A stretch of 26,416 nucleotides of DNA, from positions 1-26,416 of the forward strand of contig CAYOJF010000055.1 in NCBI GenBank assembly GCA_964404215.1, read 5' to 3'. The stretch is from an uncultured Aureispira sp. (lineage in GTDB: Bacteria; Bacteroidota; Bacteroidia; Chitinophagales; Saprospiraceae). The notes beneath the pieces were generated by a model. It was not told the DNA's origin and ran no database searches. It was given only the letters and a program-made list of their open reading frames with translations. Every line of letters begins with the position of its first letter. Positions within the stretch are counted from its first letter, which is position 1. Both the position numbers and the translations under genes were made by a program. Shown here in pieces: positions 9,093 to 16,031 of this stretch.

Positions 9093-12000
9093 ATGGCTGA
9101 TCCAATTAATATCAAGGAAAAAATCAAAGAAGGTAAAGTTTGGGGGAAACTGAAAGATGGTTTTGGCGAGGTGAAGTTGAGAGCGATTAATGGAGCAAAA
9201 GAATTCAGTGAGGCAGTTAACGATGTTCCAGTAAGCATTAATAACACACTCAAGGGGCTGTCTAATGCGGGAAATACACCAGAGTCAAAACAAAACGCTT
9301 CAGAAGAAGAACAGCCAAACCAAGAGGTAGAAGTAAAGAAACCAGAGAGTAAGGTAGAACCTATTGGTGGCCCAGAAGGTAGTAGTTTTGATTCAGAGGG
9401 TAAAGCACCACCTGCTTCAGTGACAGTAAAAGGAACACAGGAAGAAAAAGGGATAGTCGCAACAGAGAATCCTGTCGAAGAAGAGCAAAAAAAGGAAGCA
9501 GTTCCTGTTAGTGAAAAAGTGGAAGGAGAAAAAGAAGAGGCAGTCGTAGAAGCTGATACAGGGATAGAGGGGAGTAAACTAAATATGGAGGAAGAGAAAG
9601 ATGAAGAAAGTAATGAAGGTAGTGACCAAAAAGGAGAATTGGAAGATATCAAAAAAATGGTTTCGGAATCAACAGAGAGTAATGCTGAAACGAAAGGTAT
9701 CATGCCTGATAAAGAAAATTCACATGGTACGCCAATAGGTGCTTCCAATAATGAGGATGTTGTCAAAAAAGAAGAAGATAGAATACTAGATGAGATTACT
9801 TTTGGAGAAGAAGATGTGGAACCCGAGAAAGAAGAGTCAGTGATTTCAGATAACAAAGGTCCAGGTATGGGAGCTCAGCTTCAGAGTGAAGAGTCAGCTG
9901 AAGAAGAGGCGGAGGATGAAGTGGAAGAAGAAATTGATGAATATGAAGTTAATATTGCTGCTGGTGTTCGCGAAGGTAAAAATGTAGGACGTAGTAGTGG
10001 TTTCGGTGCAATTATTCTTTTTGATAAAATGAATGGAGAAGAAACAGGGGATGATGAAACAGGAGCTCAGAATGAAGCAGAGGAGAATAAAATGACGAAA
10101 CCATTTCCTGCTGAGGATTCAGATGGAGCTAATTGGAAAATGGCTAAATTTGAAGAGGCTAAGAAGATAGACCAAGATGCAGAAGGATATTATGATGGAT
10201 TTGTAACTGGGTACAACCAAGGATACAATGAAGGGGTTGCTCTAAAGCAATCTATGGCAGCACAGGAGGCTAACAAAGCCCAAGAAGCTAAGTTGGCAGA
10301 TCCTAATTACAAGGCTGGTTCAGAGTTGGGGCAAATGACAGGAGCTTTAGCAGCCCAAAACAAAACAGATTTAGAGTATACCTCTGCTAGTGGTGAAAAT
10401 TATAAGACACAGGTAGCAGACGCTAGAACCAAAGCTTTTCAGGGACAAGATCCTAATGGGAATGTAATGGGCGAAGAAGAACAAGGGGTTAAGTTTAAGA
10501 GCGGTTTTGTAGAAGAGTATAATAAAACTTATAAAGTAGCAGAAGAAAAACAACGAAAAGGACCTAGTCATGAAGAGAGGTTAGCAGACCCTGATTTCCG
10601 AAAGGGATACGAGCAAGGCAATCAACTAGGAAGAGGAGAAGGTGATACAGAAGCTCTGCAAAAAGTAAAAGAGTCTCACTTTACACCAGCTGCAGCCCAA
10701 AAAGAAAAATCAGATGAAATCTACAAGAAGGAGAGAGGTGGTTTTATCTATGGTTTTAACGCAGCTAATTATCAACTTAAAGCCGAAAAAGAAGCTGCAG
10801 AAGCAGCAGAACATAAGAAAAAGATTGCTGATCCATTTTTTAAGCTAGGATATGCTGCGGGGAATATGAAAGGTGTTTTATTAGCTGTATTTCCTGGGGA
10901 AGATATTTTATCAAAGTCAGATGCTGAGCTTGAGGAAGCAGGGGTGGGTTTTAAATTACCAAAGCATATCAGAGATGCTATAGCAGTAGATGGAATACCA
11001 GAGGATACCACTGCTGTCGCTACCAGAGCAGAAGAGGGGACTGAGGAATATGACAAGCAGAAAGAATATTTTGCAGAAGCTTATTACTCAGGTCAACGCA
11101 AGGGATATACTACAGGGAATCAACAAAAAGCTCATTATAAAGCTAATGCTTACAGATTGAATCCAGACTATGTTAATTTCATGAAAAACACAGTTCCTGT
11201 GAACGTTTCAGAAATGGAGGAGGGGAAAACTGAACAGCATCTTAACGTAGGGCAAGTGATTGCTTATGGTAAGTATGAAATTAATAAACTAGATGCTGAT
11301 GATCCTAGTAAGGCAGAGCTACAGGGGCTACTAAGTACAGCTGAAAACCAAGTAAGTGCCAATGATTCAGAGCATTATCAGGCGGCTTATAGAGATTCGT
11401 ATAATGATTTGACTAAGCAAATTACGACTGGAAGTGGAAAATTTGGAAAAGCGTTGAAATCTGGAGAGAGATTTCAGCAATATATGGGGAAATCGACCGA
11501 GGAGAAACATGCTTATGAACTTGGATATGGAATAGCACAAAAACAACTAGAGAAAGAAGCGACTATTAATAAATTAAAACGTAAGTCAAGAGAAGAACGT
11601 CAAGAATTGAAAGCAGCCCTAATGGGATCCATTCATACAGCTTTAGAGAAGGCCGAAGCTCAATTAATCAGCTCTTATGGATACGATAAAGAGACAGATG
11701 CCAAGGCGATTAAAAAGACTCATCAGTTTTTGATTAATGGGTATAATGCTACCATTTATAATAGAGATAAGGAATCAGAGGAGACTAAAATGGGCAATAA
11801 TGAACGAGAGTTGCAGGAAAAACTCGCAGATGAACTTAGTGACGCTAAACTTGATCAGCAAGGGGCAAAAGAGGCAGAAAGAATTTTCAAACAAGGGGCA
11901 GCTGATGGATATAACCATGCTTTTAGCTTCTACAAAGAATGTCTTGATAAGAAGGTGGAAGATTTACCTAGATATTATGATGATACAAAGAAATTTGAAA

Positions 12001-15000
12001 ATGCAAAAGAAAATGTTGGAAAACAACTATTAGCCATAAAAAAGGAATCAGGGGGAGATTATCTGAGAGGAAAGAATGATATTAAATACGGTAGAATACT
12101 TGGATTTTACACGCAAGGGTATAATTTCTCTTCTGAAGTGAGTCTTGATCAAGGAATGAGTGCCCCAATTGAGAACAGTAAAAGTACGACTAGTGATAAA
12201 AACTTTGGAGCAAAGAAAGGTGATTTAGATGGTCGGTCTTATGCATTAGGATATATTTGTGGCAAAAAAATAGCTCAAAATAGAGATAAGAAAGATTTTG
12301 ATGAAGTTAGGTTTAAGAAAAATTTTGAAAAGAAAGCTGCTCAAGAAGAAGCCTTTAAAAAAGGTTTTATAGATAGTGAATACCAGGCAAGCTATGATAA
12401 TTTTGCTGATACAATGATCGCTAAGGATAGTAGTGTTGCAGAAGTTTTTGCGGAATCTTCGGATACTAGTGGCGTATCAGGTACAAAGGCATCTAATGAT
12501 GCAGATACTGCAGCTAAAATATGGGAAGTAATTTCTGCTTATAATGCAGGAACAGTTGCCAAGGATGCTGAAATACAACAATTTAGTTATTTTGATGGTA
12601 AATCAGATTTTGATGTAGATATTAATGCTCGTACTGCTGAAGATTTGATTCATAATAAGGACACTTACATAGAACAAGCAATAGATCGGAAAAGACGAGA
12701 TTCAACTCAGAGTTATAGACGTGATCTAGCAAGTGAAAAGGGACTAGATTATTATAGGTTGGGAAGTAGTGAAAAGGCTAAAATTAATAAAGAGGCAGAT
12801 ACTTTACTAGATACTTACATGAAGGAGTTTGGAACCGCTTATCGTTCCAAAGTAGCTATTGTTATGCAGGTTTCAGCAGGTATTTCTTTGGAAAACTGGT
12901 ACAAGGCTGTAGGTTGTAGGGATGGATTTGTGCGAATTGTAGGGAGTAATGAAAAATTACCTTCTGAACTCAAAGATATAGTAGTGGAAGATGAAGCAAA
13001 TTTGGATAAGCAAAACCCACACTATATTCAAGGAAATGAAGAAGGAGCAGCTCTTGGTATCAAGTTTAAAACAGGATTGATTACAGAAGATGAATTGAAT
13101 GAAAATTTGGATGACTCTTCGTATGTAGACACAGGATACAAGGAAGCCAAGACACAGGGGGCTCAAGCAGGTAAGTTTGCAGCTTTGCAAGAGAATTATT
13201 ATGAACAAATTCCAACACCATATGAAGACGTTTCTGCTGAAACAGGAGATATTCCTCAAGAGATTAAAGATGTTTACTATGAGAGTTATTGGAAAACAAG
13301 AGATAGTAAAGCAGGGGAAATAGAAGGTCTGAAAGCTGCAGCATCAGAAGGACAAGAGGATGATTATGCAATCAAAGATCTGTATGTAGTATTAGAAGAT
13401 AATACTTCTAAAACAGAAAAAGGTAAGAGAGGAGTACGTTATGCGGATATATTTGAAAATTCTTTTGTCAACGCAAGAGAGGCAGGAAAGATTAACGGGA
13501 ATGCGGAAGAATTACTCCAAGAAAAACAAGGGGAAGAAGTAGAAAATATCCAAACAAGAGATCAAAAAATAGAGCAAAAGGCAATAGAGGTGGCAATTAA
13601 AGATGCTCAAGATAAAAGTCAGCCTAAAGAACCTAGCCAAGATTATAGAGCGGCAATGGGATTGAAAGCTTCTATGACTCATGAAAATACGGTTTCAAAA
13701 GAATTAGAACTTTCATATATAGATCACTATTGGGCGGCTAGAGATGAAAAAGCAGGCGAGATACAGGGAATACAAATGGTACTTGATGCACAAAAAGGAC
13801 GTCATGCAAAAGCAGAAGATTATGCAGATCCATTAGATACACTTGTAGTGAAGGAAGCAGAAAATGAGGGTAGTAATGGTGGAAGTATGATGACTGATAA
13901 ATTAACGGATGTCAGTAGTGCCGATAGTCGAACTATTGGTGGGAAGAGAAAAGGTATTGGTGCTGATTCTTCTGCTAGTAAAACTATTGGAGGTGGAAAA
14001 GGAGGCAGCTTAGATAGCCCTATTAGTGACAGAGTAGACACAGACAACCCTATGTCAATTCATTATGTCTACAAGCCGACAAAAAAGGGGTATCATAATA
14101 AAGAGTGGTTTGACATTGCATTTGAAGAAGGGAGGAAAAAGGCAGAGAAAATCCAAGAAGACAAAAATGCATTACAACATTTGGCATGGGAGGCTAAAAC
14201 TGCTAATGCTGCAGATGCTGCCGAGCATATTCAAAAGAAAAAAGGAGAGGAGATTGATGTTATTTATAAAAAGGCTTTTGAAGAGGCTGAACGACAGGCT
14301 AGTAAGGCGGCATTAGAGGGAGCTTATTTTATAGCAGCAGAAGAAATGGGCGTGAAAGAAAAGTTGGAGGAATTGAAAAATTCAGGACAACTAGAGCAAA
14401 AGCACCCTAGATTATATGAATTGATGGGACTTAAGGGAAAAGATAATGGAGATACTAATATCAATGCAAAAGGAATTGGTGGAGGTGTGCAGGAAAAAGA
14501 AGAGGAGGGAGGCTTTTTTGGTTTTTCCATGTCTTCTATTGTGGATACGATTAAAGATTTTCTTTCTCCTGATAAGATACACGAACGAATTCGGCAGGCA
14601 CTAGAAGGTGTGGAGCTAGAGGGGGAATATGAAGGAGATGAGGAAAGAGGAATGATAGGTGAAGATGATTTTCGGTTTAGGGGGGAAGTATCTTACAAAG
14701 TAGGATATAATGATATGGGAATGATGCAAAAAGCGATTATTTCTACTAACTATAATAAAATTTTTGAACAACAAAAAAATGCGGCTAAAATGCAAGCAAC
14801 CACTGACTTGACAGAGGTTTTTATGTTTAATGATACAGGGGATTTATCAACGTCGAATACAGTAGGAGAAGGTAGCTCAGATAGTGAACAAGAAGAAGGG
14901 GCTAATGATGCAGTACAGGATTTGGCAGATGCTCTCAATAAGGAAGAAGAAAAAAATACAGATGTTAGAGATGTTCGATTCAATACTTTACCTATTATTA

Positions 15001-15866
15001 AGGTATTTCAGGAACAAGAACAGTTAATAGAAACAACACAGGGGAAAGTGGCTAGTATTCGAAATCGAGTATGGGATTTGGATGATGAGCTATTCCGTAT
15101 AGAAGATACGTTACTGACAGGAGATAACCGATTGGCGGAGGTGAATAAGGAAATTGATACTTTGAATGCTCAAAAACCATTGAAAGTAGCTCAGCAGAAA
15201 GAGTTGAGAAGTCTGAAATTAGAAAAGAAAGCTCTAGAAAAGGATAAGAAAAAGGGTGATACTAATGTTAGTCGATTAACAGAAGAACTCAACAGAGAAA
15301 AAGGTTATATTAGTGATACAGCACTTGATATAGATAATTTCCTTAAGAATCGACTCAAGTTTAGAACTAGAGCTGGTGCTGATACAACGAATGAAATTTT
15401 AGATTACTTAGATGTATTTATTGAACGATTGCAGGTAACAGGGCAGTTTGGTTATAATGAAACTGGTGTCAAATTGAATGGTGGAGGTGTTTTGATTGTA
15501 GAAAAAAATGCTGAAGATGTTTATACGGGAACTAGTGTCATAGTTAGCAAAGGAGATTTTACTTTCAAAGCAAGTGGACTAGAGTATAACGAAGATAAAA
15601 ATCGTCTGATTTTGTCAGGAGGTAGTGCTGTGATCCCGAAACTAGAAGGTGCAAAAAATAGTCGTGATAAAGCTAATTATGATTTTGATGGACTTAGTTT
15701 TGATTTAAACCAAGGGGTTTTCTTACAGTTGAAATTACAACAAGGGAAGTTGCGAGCAGGAGCGGTACCAATGAGTACGGGAACACGTTCTGCGGCACCA
15801 CAGCAAGAGAAGCTCAATCCTTCTGTTCCACAGAATACACCTACTAAAACAGATACAACGACATAG
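9093..15866 (+). CDS. Giant (2257 aa) highly acidic, repeat-rich low-complexity protein. No signal peptide. Putative partner or cargo of the downstream MVP-like protein.
   Basis: ATG at 9093. Uninterrupted 6774-nt ORF. Residues ~1-330 are E/K/P/V/S-rich and look disordered ('EVEVKKPESKVEP', PEVK-like). Residues ~360-1100 carry about 12 copies of an aromatic-Gly motif: 'GYYDGFVTGYNQGYNEG', 'FRKGYEQGNQLGRG', 'GFIYGFNAANYQ', 'FFKLGYAAGNMKG', 'AYYSGQRKGYTTGNQQ', 'YELGYGIAQKQ', 'LINGYNATIYN', 'ADGYNHAF', 'ILGFYTQGYNF', 'YALGYICGKK'. Three of these are preceded by '(L/I)ADPx(F/Y)'. Internal duplication: 'YYESYWKTRDSKAGEIEGL' vs 'YIDHYWAARDEKAGEIQGI'. Gly-rich linker 'TIGGKRKGIGADSSASKTIGGGKGGS'. 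Coiled coil near the C-terminus: 'LEKKALEKDKKKGDTNVSRLTEELNREKG'. Final beta-rich ~150-aa domain. Confidence 0.85.
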   Translation: MADPINIKEKIKEGKVWGKLKDGFGEVKLRAINGAKEFSEAVNDVPVSINNTLKGLSNAGNTPESKQNASEEEQPNQEVEVKKPESKVEPIGGPEGSSFDSEGKAPPASVTVKGTQEEKGIVATENPVEEEQKKEAVPVSEKVEGEKEEAVVEADTGIEGSKLNMEEEKDEESNEGSDQKGELEDIKKMVSESTESNAETKGIMPDKENSHGTPIGASNNEDVVKKEEDRILDEITFGEEDVEPEKEESVISDNKGPGMGAQLQSEESAEEEAEDEVEEEIDEYEVNIAAGVREGKNVGRSSGFGAIILFDKMNGEETGDDETGAQNEAEENKMTKPFPAEDSDGANWKMAKFEEAKKIDQDAEGYYDGFVTGYNQGYNEGVALKQSMAAQEANKAQEAKLADPNYKAGSELGQMTGALAAQNKTDLEYTSASGENYKTQVADARTKAFQGQDPNGNVMGEEEQGVKFKSGFVEEYNKTYKVAEEKQRKGPSHEERLADPDFRKGYEQGNQLGRGEGDTEALQKVKESHFTPAAAQKEKSDEIYKKERGGFIYGFNAANYQLKAEKEAAEAAEHKKKIADPFFKLGYAAGNMKGVLLAVFPGEDILSKSDAELEEAGVGFKLPKHIRDAIAVDGIPEDTTAVATRAEEGTEEYDKQKEYFAEAYYSGQRKGYTTGNQQKAHYKANAYRLNPDYVNFMKNTVPVNVSEMEEGKTEQHLNVGQVIAYGKYEINKLDADDPSKAELQGLLSTAENQVSANDSEHYQAAYRDSYNDLTKQITTGSGKFGKALKSGERFQQYMGKSTEEKHAYELGYGIAQKQLEKEATINKLKRKSREERQELKAALMGSIHTALEKAEAQLISSYGYDKETDAKAIKKTHQFLINGYNATIYNRDKESEETKMGNNERELQEKLADELSDAKLDQQGAKEAERIFKQGAADGYNHAFSFYKECLDKKVEDLPRYYDDTKKFENAKENVGKQLLAIKKESGGDYLRGKNDIKYGRILGFYTQGYNFSSEVSLDQGMSAPIENSKSTTSDKNFGAKKGDLDGRSYALGYICGKKIAQNRDKKDFDEVRFKKNFEKKAAQEEAFKKGFIDSEYQASYDNFADTMIAKDSSVAEVFAESSDTSGVSGTKASNDADTAAKIWEVISAYNAGTVAKDAEIQQFSYFDGKSDFDVDINARTAEDLIHNKDTYIEQAIDRKRRDSTQSYRRDLASEKGLDYYRLGSSEKAKINKEADTLLDTYMKEFGTAYRSKVAIVMQVSAGISLENWYKAVGCRDGFVRIVGSNEKLPSELKDIVVEDEANLDKQNPHYIQGNEEGAALGIKFKTGLITEDELNENLDDSSYVDTGYKEAKTQGAQAGKFAALQENYYEQIPTPYEDVSAETGDIPQEIKDVYYESYWKTRDSKAGEIEGLKAAASEGQEDDYAIKDLYVVLEDNTSKTEKGKRGVRYADIFENSFVNAREAGKINGNAEELLQEKQGEEVENIQTRDQKIEQKAIEVAIKDAQDKSQPKEPSQDYRAAMGLKASMTHENTVSKELELSYIDHYWAARDEKAGEIQGIQMVLDAQKGRHAKAEDYADPLDTLVVKEAENEGSNGGSMMTDKLTDVSSADSRTIGGKRKGIGADSSASKTIGGGKGGSLDSPISDRVDTDNPMSIHYVYKPTKKGYHNKEWFDIAFEEGRKKAEKIQEDKNALQHLAWEAKTANAADAAEHIQKKKGEEIDVIYKKAFEEAERQASKAALEGAYFIAAEEMGVKEKLEELKNSGQLEQKHPRLYELMGLKGKDNGDTNINAKGIGGGVQEKEEEGGFFGFSMSSIVDTIKDFLSPDKIHERIRQALEGVELEGEYEGDEERGMIGEDDFRFRGEVSYKVGYNDMGMMQKAIISTNYNKIFEQQKNAAKMQATTDLTEVFMFNDTGDLSTSNTVGEGSSDSEQEEGANDAVQDLADALNKEEEKNTDVRDVRFNTLPIIKVFQEQEQLIETTQGKVASIRNRVWDLDDELFRIEDTLLTGDNRLAEVNKEIDTLNAQKPLKVAQQKELRSLKLEKKALEKDKKKGDTNVSRLTEELNREKGYISDTALDIDNFLKNRLKFRTRAGADTTNEILDYLDVFIERLQVTGQFGYNETGVKLNGGGVLIVEKNAEDVYTGTSVIVSKGDFTFKASGLEYNEDKNRLILSGGSAVIPKLEGAKNSRDKANYDFDGLSFDLNQGVFLQLKLQQGKLRAGAVPMSTGTRSAAPQQEKLNPSVPQNTPTKTDTTT
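10180..11200 (+). repeat. Four degenerate ~85-aa tandem protein repeats within the giant gene.
   Basis: Each unit has the form [G(F/Y)xxG(F/Y)xxxY], about 20 aa, then [(L/I)(A/N)DPx(F/Y)xxGYxxG]. Units begin at 'GYYDGFVTGYNQGY', 'GVKFKSGFVEEYNKTY', 'GGFIYGFNAANYQ' and 'YFAEAYYSGQRKGY'. The repeat is degenerate at the nucleotide level. Confidence 0.5.
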
Positions 15867-15896
15867 AATATATTTATCTGCTATGGTTGATGAAAT

Positions 15897-15931
15897 GTAG
15901 TTAGTACGAAAGTGCTAGCTACTTTTTTTTT
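15897..15931 (+). terminator. Rho-independent terminator directly after the giant gene.
   Basis: GUAGUUAGUA (15897-15906), CGAAAG loop, UGCUAGCUAC (15913-15922). The stem is 10 bp with two G-U wobbles. It is followed by T9 (15923-15931), 31 nt after the TAG stop. Confidence 0.6.
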
Positions 15932-15966
15932 GAAAAATATTTTGGACGGGAACTAATAGATGTTAT

Positions 15967-15991
15967 ACTTAGTTTAAATAATAAACTAAGT
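15967..15991. promoter_or_regulatory. Perfect 10-bp inverted repeat (candidate operator, possibly a 5'UTR hairpin) in the promoter region of the MVP-like gene.
   Basis: ACTTAGTTTA (15967-15976), spacer aataa, TAAACTAAGT (15982-15991). It lies 41 nt upstream of the ATG at 16032. A Bacteroidetes -7-like 'TAGATTTA' sits at 16003-16010. Confidence 0.3.
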
Positions 15992-16031
15992 TATTGTTAG
16001 TATAGATTTATAACCCAAAAAATAACAAAAT

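Noticed and set aside
9080-9856. 258-aa Ser/Phe/Leu-rich ORF on the minus strand overlapping the 5' end of the giant gene.
   Set aside because: It is the reverse-complement shadow of GAA/GAG/AAA-rich coding sequence (E/K codons read as S/F/L). It has no start context of its own. The plus-strand ORF is 2257 aa and uninterrupted.
9093-15866. Giant protein as a secreted adhesin, RTX toxin or T9SS substrate.
   Set aside because: There is no N-terminal signal peptide, no GGxGxD calcium-binding nonapeptides and no hydrophobic C-terminal beta-strand typical of T9SS CTDs. The tail is 'PQNTPTKTDTTT'. The sequence is strongly acidic and coiled-coil rich, which is more consistent with a cytoplasmic scaffold or cargo.
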